Made by a program: the position numbers and the translations under genes. Below, in pieces: positions 10,282 through 18,970 of a DNA stretch of 32,000 bases. The stretch is taken from contig NC_018655.1 in NCBI RefSeq assembly GCF_000299365.1, positions 1,140,001 through 1,172,000 of the forward strand, written 5' to 3'. This stretch comes from Candidatus Nitrosopumilus koreensis AR1 (lineage in GTDB: Archaea; Thermoproteota; Nitrososphaeria; Nitrososphaerales; Nitrosopumilaceae). Each line of letters starts with the position of its first letter. The first letter of the stretch is position 1. The notes below the pieces were generated by a model that was not told the origin of the DNA, did not search any database, and saw only the letters and a program-made list of their open reading frames with translations.

Positions 10282-10743
10282 CTAATTATATGGACTGTAA
10301 TTTGTAAAAATCTTTGCCACAGAATGAAAGTAAATGTCTTTTATGTCATCCTCAGTAGATACTGCAAGTAAATTAACAATATCTGAGGCAGTTATGATTC
10401 CGACTACAACATCATTATCAATTACAGGCAGTTTTCTGATTCCTCTTTCATGCATTAAATCAGCAGCAGATCTTATGGATTCATCTGAACTTACTGAAAA
10501 CATTGGAGAAGACATTATTTGTTTTACAGGAGTTGTGATAGGGTAAGCATGGGCAACTATTTTAGCTGAAAAATCTCTATCAGTGACAATTCCTACAGGG
10601 GTGTTATTTTCCATAACAATAATTGCGCCAACCTTTGCATCTTCCATCATTTTTGCAGCTTCATTTACATTCATAGATGAATCTACAGATATGACAGATT
10701 TTGTCATGACATCTGCAATAGTCATTGTTTTTCCACCAGACAT
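10282..10743 (-). CDS. Tandem CBS-domain protein
   Basis: Two CBS motifs: AAKMMEDAKVGAIIVMENNTPVGIVTDRDF and AADLMHERGIRKLPVIDNDVVVGIITASDIV. Confidence 0.92.
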   Translation of the reverse strand: MSGGKTMTIADVMTKSVISVDSSMNVNEAAKMMEDAKVGAIIVMENNTPVGIVTDRDFSAKIVAHAYPITTPVKQIMSSPMFSVSSDESIRSAADLMHERGIRKLPVIDNDVVVGIITASDIVNLLAVSTEDDIKDIYFHSVAKIFTNYSPYN

Positions 10744-10826
10744 TTTACAATTTTATTACAATAATTCGTTATTTTAGACTCTTCTAGAATATCATGAGTG
10801 AAAATCATAAAAGATAATCACAAATT

Positions 10827-10836
10827 CTTTTAAATT
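10827..10836 (+). promoter_or_regulatory. TATA-box-like element for the universal stress protein gene
   Basis: ttttaaatta lies about 26 nt upstream of the ATG at 10858, consistent with a leaderless archaeal promoter. Confidence 0.5.
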
Positions 10837-10857
10837 AAAAATTATCTATAGTGCATC

Positions 10858-11283
10858 ATGGTAAGAAAAATTTCAAGCATACTTGTTCCATTAGATGGAT
10901 CTTCAAATTCTTTCAGAGGACTAGATATGGCAATTCACATGGCAAGAGAAAATCATGCTACAATTACAGGTCTATACGTGCTTGGAATTACAAAACCTAG
11001 AACTAATGATCCAATAACACCCGTAGAAAAAATTCTGTTAAAGCATGCACAAAAAATTATGAAAAAAGCAAAGACAACTGCAGCAAAGAAAGGAATATTG
11101 TTTTTTGAAAGAGTCTCATACGGAGACGAGAAAAAAAGAATTGTTGAGATTGCTGAAAAGAAAAACTTTGATCTTATCGTTATCGGTTCAAGAGGCATGG
11201 GAGCTGCAAAAGAAATATTCCTAGGAAGTACGTCAAATTATGTACTGCATAAATCAAAGAAACCAGTATTAATTGCAAAATGA
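10858..11283 (+). CDS. Universal stress protein (UspA family)
   Basis: ISSILVPLDGSSNSFRGLDMAIHMAREN...DLIVIGSRGMGAAKEIFLGSTSNYVLHKSKKPVLIAK. Confidence 0.93.
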   Translation: MVRKISSILVPLDGSSNSFRGLDMAIHMARENHATITGLYVLGITKPRTNDPITPVEKILLKHAQKIMKKAKTTAAKKGILFFERVSYGDEKKRIVEIAEKKNFDLIVIGSRGMGAAKEIFLGSTSNYVLHKSKKPVLIAK

Positions 11284-11305
11284 TTGAATTTTTGAAGGGC
11301 AATAT

Positions 11306-12025
11306 TTGAAAATGATAAAACCAAACACTCAAGAAAATACATTGCTTGTGGGATTTCCAAGTAACGGGCTTGTAGGAACATTTGCAATTTCATATCTAAT
11401 TCATTCCCTAAAGATGAGACAAATTGGAGAGATAGAAGTGCCGGACTTGCCATCAACACTGTTTGTAGAAAACGGAGAAATTCTGGCTCCAATTAGAGTA
11501 TACAATAAAAGAAATATTTTTGTAATAATTTCAGATGTTCCATTTAATCAGTACTTGGCAGAAGGTTTTGCACATGCAATACATGAATTTTGTAGGAAAA
11601 ACACCATAAAGAAAATAATTATTGTTAGCGGCATGGAAACAGCAAACAAAGAAAAAAATGCACCAAAAATTTTTGGCCTAGTCACCCATTCGATACTAGA
11701 AAATACATTATACAAAAATCAAATTCCAAAATTCTTAGATGGTTCGATTTTTGGAACAGACGCTTCAATAATTTCAGTTTTTAGGAAAACCAAGATTCCA
11801 GTACTTGTACTATATGCTGAATGTCATCCATTTTTTCCAGATCCTGAAGCTTCAATTGTTGCAATTGAGACACTTGCAAAGATTTTAGATGTCAAAGTGG
11901 ATATTCAAGATATTAAAAATAAGATAGACAAATTACGAATTCAACATAGGAATCTCATGGAAGAAACAATTCGCACATTACAACAACAAGAGAAACAAGG
12001 GAGTACTCCCCAGATATACAGGTGA
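11306..12025 (+). CDS. PAC2 family (proteasome-assembly-chaperone-like) protein
   Basis: NTLLVGFPSNGLVGTFAISYLIHSLKMRQIGEIEVPDLPSTLFVENGEILAPIRVY...NIFVIISDVPF with GMETANKEK. Confidence 0.85.
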   Translation: MKMIKPNTQENTLLVGFPSNGLVGTFAISYLIHSLKMRQIGEIEVPDLPSTLFVENGEILAPIRVYNKRNIFVIISDVPFNQYLAEGFAHAIHEFCRKNTIKKIIIVSGMETANKEKNAPKIFGLVTHSILENTLYKNQIPKFLDGSIFGTDASIISVFRKTKIPVLVLYAECHPFFPDPEASIVAIETLAKILDVKVDIQDIKNKIDKLRIQHRNLMEETIRTLQQQEKQGSTPQIYR

Positions 12026-12029
12026 TAAA

Positions 12030-12410
12030 ATGAAAGAAAGTTTTGAGATAAGAACAGTATTCCCATCTATTAGTTCATTAATTGACGATATTGAGCATAG
12101 AATTCTATCTCCATTATCATATCTAAAAGAATTTGATAATCATTGGATATTGGAATTAGATCTACCAATGGTAAACAAGAAAGATATCAAGATTACTTTT
12201 GATGGAAATGCGATTAATGTGGAGGCAAAACTCAAAGAAGAATACTCGGAAGAAAAACTAGGAAAAATTTCAAAATTTGAATATTTTAAAAAATCAATAT
12301 CACTTTCAGGTAAAATTGAGATAAAAAAGACAACTGCAAAATTTCAGAAAGGCAGGTTAGTAATTAAAATTCCAAAAAAAACATCAGGTCATTCCATAAA
12401 GATCAACTAA
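12030..12410 (+). CDS. Small heat-shock protein, Hsp20/alpha-crystallin family
   Basis: WILELDLPMVNKKDIKITFDGNAINVEAKLKEEY...FEYFKKSISLSGKIEIKKTTAKFQKGRLVIKIPKK. Confidence 0.85.
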   Translation: MKESFEIRTVFPSISSLIDDIEHRILSPLSYLKEFDNHWILELDLPMVNKKDIKITFDGNAINVEAKLKEEYSEEKLGKISKFEYFKKSISLSGKIEIKKTTAKFQKGRLVIKIPKKTSGHSIKIN

Positions 12411-12460
12411 CGATTGAGACATTCATTTTGAATTAAATATGCCTTTTTTTAATTAAATTT

Positions 12461-12718
12461 ATGGAAATTCACGTATACGACACTTATGTCAAAGCAGCAG
12501 ATGGTCATACCATGCACTTTGATGTAATCACGGGTGAAAAAGATCACGATAAAGCCATTACATATGGTAAAGAGTGGTTAAAATCAATTGGAGAGGAAAA
12601 TGCAGTAATGACTCAAAATGAATGTCAGTTCTGCCACTCCCAAGGTGCACCAGAGCCTGTTGAACAGGCAATTAAGGAAAACGGCTACTTTATCCAAAAA
12701 ATGGAAGGCTGTCCTTAA
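12461..12718 (+). CDS. DUF2024-like small protein
   Basis: EIHVYDTYVKAADGHTMHFDVITGEKDHDKAITYGKEWLKSIG...CQFCHSQGAPEPVEQAIKENGYFIQKMEGCP. Confidence 0.75.
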   Translation: MEIHVYDTYVKAADGHTMHFDVITGEKDHDKAITYGKEWLKSIGEENAVMTQNECQFCHSQGAPEPVEQAIKENGYFIQKMEGCP

Positions 12719-12766
12719 ACACTTTTTCCTTTTTCTATAAGACACATTTTTTAGATTAACAGATAT

Positions 12767-12970
12767 TTGTCACATATGGATGAACAAAAATATTCAAAGT
12801 GGACAGTAGAAGGAGACAAAAAAACAAGATGGATTTGTGGTTGCTTTCAGACAGCAGATGATTACTTCAAATTCTGTGATGCACATAATGAAACTTTGAA
12901 AAAAGCAATTCAAGCTCAGGTTGACGAATTAGATATGACCTTGATTATTGAAGAAACTAAAGTGCAATGA
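12767..12970 (+). CDS. Conserved-looking 67-aa protein of unknown function
   Basis: MSHMDEQKYSKWTVEGDKKTRWICGCFQTADDYFKFCDAHNETLKKAIQAQVDELDMTLIIEETKVQ. Plausible coding composition. Convergent with hppA, with a 14-bp 3' overlap. Confidence 0.6.
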   Translation: MSHMDEQKYSKWTVEGDKKTRWICGCFQTADDYFKFCDAHNETLKKAIQAQVDELDMTLIIEETKVQ

Positions 12971-15035
12971 TTGCAACAAATGCAGATACAAACACGATTG
13001 CAATTGTATTTAGCAATTTGATTACAGTGTTAAGTGCAGGACCTGCAGTGTCTTTGTAAGGATCACCTATAATATCACCAACAACTGCCACCTTGTGAAC
13101 TTCAGAACCTTTTTCGCCTTTCATCTCAACTAGTTTCTTTGCATTATCCCATGCGCCACCAGTATTTGCCAAGTGATATGCAAGGAGTATTCCAGTAACC
13201 ACAGCACCCATTAACAATCCAGCTACTGCAGTTGGACCTAACAAAACACCTAGAATAATTGGAGCAAGGATTGCAACTAATGCAGGTTTGTAAAGTTCTC
13301 TAATAGAAGCAACAGTTGCAATATCTACACATTTAGCATAATCTGGTTTTGATTTACCAGTAAGAATTCCTGGATCTGACTTGAATTGTCTTCTTACCTC
13401 ATCTACCATCTTTCCGGCAGCACGAGATACACCATTGATTAGTTGGCCTGTGATGATAAATGGAATCAGTCCACCAATCAAAAGACCTACAATAATTGCA
13501 GGGTTCGTTAAACTATAATCTAAATCTAAAACTCCTTCAAAGATATGAGCTGCCTCAAATTGGAATGCCTGAATCATGGCCAATGCAGCTAGTGCAGCAC
13601 TTGCAATAGCAAATCCCTTCGTAACTGCCTTGGTAGTATTTCCAACTGCATCAATTTCATCTGTGACTTTACGGTTTTCTTCACCCATGCCAGTCATCTC
13701 AACAATACCTCCTGCATTATCTGCAATTGGGCCAAATGCATCAATACTTAGAACAATTCCTGCAAGACTCAACATTGCCATTGCAGTTAGAGCAGTTCCA
13801 AAGATTCCATACAATACAGGATCTGCGCCTTCAGGAGCTGCTGCAGATGCAATACTGTAAGAGATAATGATTGCAACAACTAGTGCAATCATGAAAGGGC
13901 CTGTTGATTGCATACCTTTGATAATGCCCATTAATGTTAATGATGCATATCCCCACTTTGCAGAATCTGCAATTTCATTTACAGGACCATGCTTGTAACT
14001 AGTATAGTTATCAGTAATTTTTTGAATCACAGGTACTAGAATAACACCAATTACGGTTGTCCCAAACAATGCAATTCCTGCAGCGGATTGTTCAATGAAT
14101 TGTGTGATGAATACATAGTTTAATGCAATTGCAATCCCAGCTGAAACATAGAATGAACGATTAAGCGGTTTCATTACATCAGTTACTCCTTTAGAGCCAA
14201 CAATGACAACACCAATAATTGATGCAATCATTCCAGATGAGCCGATTAGAATTGGGTAAAGGAAATAGTTTGGAGCACCAATTAGTGCCGCAATTAGTAA
14301 TGCTGCTAAAATTGTAACAATATAAGACTCATAAACATCAGAACCCATTCCTGCTGCATCTCCAACATTATCTCCTACGTTATCTGCGATAGTTGCAGGG
14401 TTTCTAGGATCATCCTCAGGAATATTTGCTTCAACCTTTCCTACCAAGTCTGCACCCATATCTGCAGCCTTTGTGAAAATACCACCACCAATTCTAATGA
14501 ATAATGCAATTAAACTTGCGCCAATTCCCACACCAGCAATTGTGATGGGGTCAGGGAAAATGACATACAATCCTGCAATTGCCATTAATGCCATTGCAGG
14601 TACTGCAAGACCGACAGTTGCACCACCTCTAAAGGCCATAGCAAAAGTCTTTCCAAGACCATCATTGCTAAGATGAGCAGCTCTTACTGCTGCTTTTACT
14701 GTAATTTTTAATGAGATAATTCCTGCAACTGCAGACAATGCTGCGCCAACTGCAAACGCAAGACCGTTTGAGGGAGTAAGAAATGCGCCAATAATCACTG
14801 TTAATGCAATTGCAACAGGAATGATAATTTTCATCTCTCTTTTTAGAAATGCTGCAGCGCCAACTTTGACAGCATTTGAGATATCCATCATCTCTTTTGT
14901 TCCAGAAGGCTGCTTTGAAATCCAAGCAACCAATCCGCCAGCGACTAAAAATGATGCAATTCCTGCGATAAATGGCAGAATCTCAGCGATTTCCATGTTA
15001 TACTCGCTTGCCCTAGTCTGGGAAATATAAATCAA
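12957..15035 (-). CDS. hppA: Membrane-bound ion-translocating pyrophosphatase; likely start at Met 14996; K+-independent-type signature
   Basis: GGGIFTKAADMGADLVGKVEANIPEDDPRNPATIADNVGDNVGDAAGMGSDVYESY, GNTTKAVTKGFAIASAALAALAM, GDIIGDPYKDTAGPALNTVIKLLN. Lys and Thr in GNTTKAVT are the K+-independent residues. Confidence 0.96.
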   Translation of the reverse strand: MIYISQTRASEYNMEIAEILPFIAGIASFLVAGGLVAWISKQPSGTKEMMDISNAVKVGAAAFLKREMKIIIPVAIALTVIIGAFLTPSNGLAFAVGAALSAVAGIISLKITVKAAVRAAHLSNDGLGKTFAMAFRGGATVGLAVPAMALMAIAGLYVIFPDPITIAGVGIGASLIALFIRIGGGIFTKAADMGADLVGKVEANIPEDDPRNPATIADNVGDNVGDAAGMGSDVYESYIVTILAALLIAALIGAPNYFLYPILIGSSGMIASIIGVVIVGSKGVTDVMKPLNRSFYVSAGIAIALNYVFITQFIEQSAAGIALFGTTVIGVILVPVIQKITDNYTSYKHGPVNEIADSAKWGYASLTLMGIIKGMQSTGPFMIALVVAIIISYSIASAAAPEGADPVLYGIFGTALTAMAMLSLAGIVLSIDAFGPIADNAGGIVEMTGMGEENRKVTDEIDAVGNTTKAVTKGFAIASAALAALAMIQAFQFEAAHIFEGVLDLDYSLTNPAIIVGLLIGGLIPFIITGQLINGVSRAAGKMVDEVRRQFKSDPGILTGKSKPDYAKCVDIATVASIRELYKPALVAILAPIILGVLLGPTAVAGLLMGAVVTGILLAYHLANTGGAWDNAKKLVEMKGEKGSEVHKVAVVGDIIGDPYKDTAGPALNTVIKLLNTIAIVFVSAFVAIIAL

Positions 15036-15418
15036 ATAGCGGAGACTCTGATTCTTTTTCTGTATGGCAGAAATGATTTGCCACGCAAACCCTGCCTTAC
15101 GAGTTTGTTGAATCTCTTTCCATGTGCAAGATATGGGAATCGCATATGGATCAATTCATGAACAATTGTGTTTTCAAGAGTTTTCTCATCAGGAATTTTT
15201 CTCACATTAATGAAAACTAAATTGTGTTGAAGATAAGATACTCCATAGTACTTGTAAGCAGATGTACGTCTTCCTTCAGTCATCTCCTTTGGCGCATCTA
15301 GAACTTCTTTTGTAGTTAGTAAGATTGTAGGTTCAGGAATAGAGAATCGATTAGCATAGATCCCAACTTTTTCTAAAATTTGCAATTTCAATTCAGGATC
15401 AAGCTTCACATAATCCAA
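15032..15418 (-). CDS. SprT/YgjP-like zinc metallopeptidase, TTG start
   Basis: HELIH zinc motif in ENTIVHELIHMRFPYLAHGKRFNKLVRQ. Confidence 0.7.
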   Translation of the reverse strand: MDYVKLDPELKLQILEKVGIYANRFSIPEPTILLTTKEVLDAPKEMTEGRRTSAYKYYGVSYLQHNLVFINVRKIPDEKTLENTIVHELIHMRFPYLAHGKRFNKLVRQGLRGKSFLPYRKRIRVSAI

Positions 15419-15431
15419 TCATACAATCTAT

Positions 15432-15449
15432 GTTTATCTTGGAATGTCA
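15432..15449 (+). repeat. Left copy of the 18-bp direct repeat flanking the accessory block
   Basis: gtttatcttggaatgtca, identical to 21239..21256. Confidence 0.8.
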
Positions 15450-15456
15450 GTATTTT

Positions 15457-15477
15457 GTATCGGTAAAATAAAACGCA
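15457..15477 (+). repeat. Left inverted repeat of the accessory block
   Basis: gtatcggtaaaataaaacgca. Its reverse complement matches 21207..21227 at 20 of 21 positions. Confidence 0.8.
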
Positions 15478-15542
15478 TTTGACAGATTTTGTGACTAAAA
15501 TAAGAGCTTTGAAAGTACGAAATATGTCTAAAATAAGGTCAA

Positions 15543-16754
15543 TTATCCATAAAGAATTGCCATATGGACTGGACCGCCATATTTCATTCCCTTACTCCCC
15601 ACCATATTTCCAGCAGAAACAAAAATTTCAGCTGTGAATTTAGTAGAAAAATGTTCAATTCCAAACAGAGTCTTTAGTATTTTTAACAAATATCCTCTTG
15701 CAACTCTTTCAGCATCCCATAATCGATTTTTAATTTTCTCTCTTTCGGATTCGGTAATGGTGTAACTATTACCATGAGCAATCTTATGCCTAAGATTATA
15801 GAGGGACATATCTTCAGATTGTTTTTCAAACAATAGTTTGTAAGTTTCAGAATCTTTACCATGTAATTTTTCGATATGAGATTTTAGTGTTTGAGTAGAG
15901 CCAGTTTCTATACAATTCAGATATGCATTTTTTATGGATTCTATTGGATTCTTTCCAAGTTCACTTAAAGATTGTTCAATGCAATTTTTCATATTTTCTT
16001 TACGTTCACTCTTGGTCCTATTGTCTGCTCTAAATTGAATTAATGAAGAATTTTCTTTTGCCTCTTTTTCTATATAATATGCAAGAGATTCAATAGTTAA
16101 AATAAAAAATAAAAATTTCGCAGAGGGATCATTCAATCTAAATGATTGAGATAACCAACCAATACTACGATATATAGCATAATGATCTTCTTGTGGAATA
16201 TTTTCTAATTTTGATGTGATATTTTCTAATTCTTGTAAATGTTCTTCAGTAAATTGATAGGATGAACCATGATCATGAGATTCGTATTTTGGCAACCATT
16301 CAAAATAAGTTCCAGTTTTTAAAGAAAATGAAGAAAGGGCCTTGTCTATTTCTTTTAATGATTTTCGAACATTGTCTTCAGACCAATCAGATATTGGCAA
16401 CCATCCATCATACACAAATCTAGAACGCCTATCCATATCCATAGTTTTTAATCCAATTGGATCATCTTTACTAATTCTATTTCCTAGTGTAAAACATGGA
16501 ACAAGAGTGATGTTCCCATTAAGAGTTATAGGATTTGTTAATTTTGAGCTTGAAAAAGCAACAAACTCAAACCCATCACAATTTGTTAATTCATGTAAGA
16601 AGAACGCTGAACCTTCAGCAGTAGTGAGATCTTTTCTGGCAGCGTATCGAAATGCTTTTTGTGTCTTTAAATCGCTTTCAGAAATTACTATTTTCCGTTC
16701 ACACCAATTATTGAATTTATTACCTTCAATTTGAGGAAAAATCGAATCAGACAT
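15543..16754 (-). CDS. Uncharacterised 403-aa protein with a C-terminal HEPN-like (Apea-like) region
   Basis: KFLFFILTIESLAYYIEKEAKE...LYNLRHKIAHGNSYTITESEREKIKNRLWDAERVARGYLLKIL. RHKIAH fits the HEPN RX4-6H motif. Family call is by pattern only. Confidence 0.65.
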   Translation of the reverse strand: MSDSIFPQIEGNKFNNWCERKIVISESDLKTQKAFRYAARKDLTTAEGSAFFLHELTNCDGFEFVAFSSSKLTNPITLNGNITLVPCFTLGNRISKDDPIGLKTMDMDRRSRFVYDGWLPISDWSEDNVRKSLKEIDKALSSFSLKTGTYFEWLPKYESHDHGSSYQFTEEHLQELENITSKLENIPQEDHYAIYRSIGWLSQSFRLNDPSAKFLFFILTIESLAYYIEKEAKENSSLIQFRADNRTKSERKENMKNCIEQSLSELGKNPIESIKNAYLNCIETGSTQTLKSHIEKLHGKDSETYKLLFEKQSEDMSLYNLRHKIAHGNSYTITESEREKIKNRLWDAERVARGYLLKILKTLFGIEHFSTKFTAEIFVSAGNMVGSKGMKYGGPVHMAILYG

Positions 16755-16906
16755 AAAACAAAGTGCTAGTAAGAGTGTAAAAAATGATCAGAGGTATTTG
16801 TATTTAAAACTCCTATTTGGGATATTCTAAATTATTTAATACGTAAAATCAGTACAGGATCCTATTTTTCCAAACTTATTTTATAGAAATATTCTGCAAT
16901 AAAATA

Positions 16907-18010
16907 ATGGCTTCAATAATACTATCTTTTCAAGTAATAATAGAAGATTATGAAACAAAATTTAGACTTCATGGACCATTATTTCATAGATGGATTCCAG
17001 ATGGTGAGAAAGATGCGCTAATTTTGGATACACGATTTCCACATACGATGCTGAAAATATGGTTTGAAAGAAGAGGATATGTAGAAAGAGGAATGATTGA
17101 ATTTGATTCTAAACGTAAAGAGGTGGATGAATCAATTATGGAAAAACAAGGAGTATTAGAAGGAGGCAGATTATTTGGCTCATTACAGATAGATGAAGTT
17201 ACAAAAGAGCAATTTGACGCTCTAAAACAGAATAAAATTGGAGATGAACACTATAAAGAACTAGGAACAAAATTTGCAAAGACAATTTACGAACCAATCT
17301 CTCAGTTCTTAGATCTTCTACGGATAAGATATGGACAGTATTGGGTTAGAGACATAAGAAAATGGGATTCATCAAAGGAATCAATTGGTAATTATTGTGA
17401 ATTATTTTTTGTCAAGTGGTCTGAGGATGAAGGAAAGAGTTGGAATGAGTTTAAACCAGATAATGAACCAAGATCAGCAATAATATATTCATCATCAATA
17501 AAAGAAATGAAATCTTTTTTGAGTAAAGAAGATTGGAGAAATACCCCAGAAATATTAAAAAATTATCATCGTAGTTCAGTGGCAGAAAGAACTCTTGTAC
17601 GAGTACATCAATATTTAGATCAGGGAGATTTTCGTCATGCAATTATTGAGGGAGCAACAGCTGTAGAGCTAGCTACCAGTGAATTTTTTAACATGAAATT
17701 AGATTCAGATTCAAAAATAAAAGATGAACTTAATGGGTTTTGGGGAATTTCAGTATCTGGACAATTAGTAGCAATAGGAACAACATTAGGAATACCTGAA
17801 CAGAAATTACAAGATACAATAGAAGTCATAAAAACAAGACATAAAGTTGTACATGAAGGATTAGATCCAGATGCACAAATTATACAAAAAATTAGAACTT
17901 TACTTGAAACCACATCCATGATTCTAGGAGAACCAAAATTCAGATTTCCATCATCAAATCCAGGGAATATGATACAGGAAAATGAAGATTGGGAAAAAGA
18001 AAATGGATGA
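16907..18010 (+). CDS. Uncharacterised 367-aa protein with a C-terminal HEPN-like region
   Basis: DQGDFRHAIIEGATAVELATSEFFN...LQDTIEVIKTRHKVVHEGLDPDAQIIQKIRTLLE. RHKVVH fits RX4H. Confidence 0.65.
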   Translation: MASIILSFQVIIEDYETKFRLHGPLFHRWIPDGEKDALILDTRFPHTMLKIWFERRGYVERGMIEFDSKRKEVDESIMEKQGVLEGGRLFGSLQIDEVTKEQFDALKQNKIGDEHYKELGTKFAKTIYEPISQFLDLLRIRYGQYWVRDIRKWDSSKESIGNYCELFFVKWSEDEGKSWNEFKPDNEPRSAIIYSSSIKEMKSFLSKEDWRNTPEILKNYHRSSVAERTLVRVHQYLDQGDFRHAIIEGATAVELATSEFFNMKLDSDSKIKDELNGFWGISVSGQLVAIGTTLGIPEQKLQDTIEVIKTRHKVVHEGLDPDAQIIQKIRTLLETTSMILGEPKFRFPSSNPGNMIQENEDWEKENG

Positions 18011-18127
18011 CATATTTATTTTGAAAATTTCATGCCTGAATCCCTGTTTTAGAGATAGGTTCTGAGGCTTTGTATGGTTTAACAAAGATATTTTATTGAT
18101 TTACAAATATCACAAATAAGGAACAAG

Positions 18128-18709
18128 TCATCTAAACAATCCATTGTTTATAATTATCACATGAATTGATCCAAAAATAAATGTCAATGTAGAAAATGTC
18201 ACTAATGTAAATGGGTAATCCTTCCATGATTTAGTAAATACAATGCCATGTTTTGCAAGTTGTATTTTTGCATTATATCCGAAAACAGAGGTTGCAAAAG
18301 GGAGAAAAAAAGTTGAAAGGATAGATACAATAACAGACAAATTGGAAAACCTATCTGAATCAAGAACGATTTCATTGTGTTGTTCAGCAATCAATTCAAA
18401 TAACTCTATCATGAAAAAAATTCCATCAATAAAAAAAGACATACCAATTCCCAGAATTGTAAAACCAATTATTGATGCCTGTTTGCGAGAAATTCGAATA
18501 TTCCAAAATGGACTGAAAAAACGCAACAACGTCAAAATCATCAACATCCAAAAAACTACAAAAGGGATCATGCTTGTCCATAAAAATTCCCGAAAGTCAT
18601 ACATTGTTTGTTCAAAAACAAGTAAACTGGTAATAGAAAGGAAAATACTCCACCATGTGAAAAGATTGTGATAATATTCAGATAGAAGAAAATGTAAGAA
18701 TTGTTTCAT
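18128..18709 (-). CDS. Uncharacterised 193-aa membrane protein, about four TM segments
   Basis: Hydrophobic segments: TWWSIFLSITSLLVF, TSMIPFVVFWMLMILTLLRFF, IIGFTILGIGMSFFIDGIFFMIELF, LVTFSTLTFIFGSIHVIIIN. Long antisense ORFs read as low-complexity shadows. Confidence 0.6.
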   Translation of the reverse strand: MKQFLHFLLSEYYHNLFTWWSIFLSITSLLVFEQTMYDFREFLWTSMIPFVVFWMLMILTLLRFFSPFWNIRISRKQASIIGFTILGIGMSFFIDGIFFMIELFELIAEQHNEIVLDSDRFSNLSVIVSILSTFFLPFATSVFGYNAKIQLAKHGIVFTKSWKDYPFTLVTFSTLTFIFGSIHVIIINNGLFR

Positions 18710-18970
18710 TAGTTAGTCTTAATCTAATTTCTAATTAATTGAAGATATAGATATCTGTGGGATTTACTAGACATCAGTCTTCAAATTCTACTAATCCTTC
18801 AAACATTTTCTCCGGCCGGACTATAGAATCATAGTTTTTACAGTAAATTTCAACAAATTCATCCCGGGAGTTGATATTTGAGTAATGTCTCTTGCAATAA
18901 TTTTTGAAATATGATTTTGTTCAAAAAGGAACGGATTGTATGGTTAAAAATTATTTTTTGGAATTGTTTT

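Noticed and set aside
13576-13860. 94-aa plus-strand ORF
   Set aside because: Ala/Ile/Pro-rich shadow of the membrane pyrophosphatase gene on the opposite strand.
16342-16734. 130-aa plus-strand ORF inside the HEPN-like gene
   Set aside because: Opposite-strand shadow; the 403-aa minus-strand ORF has the HEPN-like motif and normal codon pattern.
18243-18671. 142-aa plus-strand ORF
   Set aside because: Lys/Ile-rich shadow of the 193-aa membrane protein. It cannot be excluded from sequence alone, but the membrane protein frame is more protein-like.
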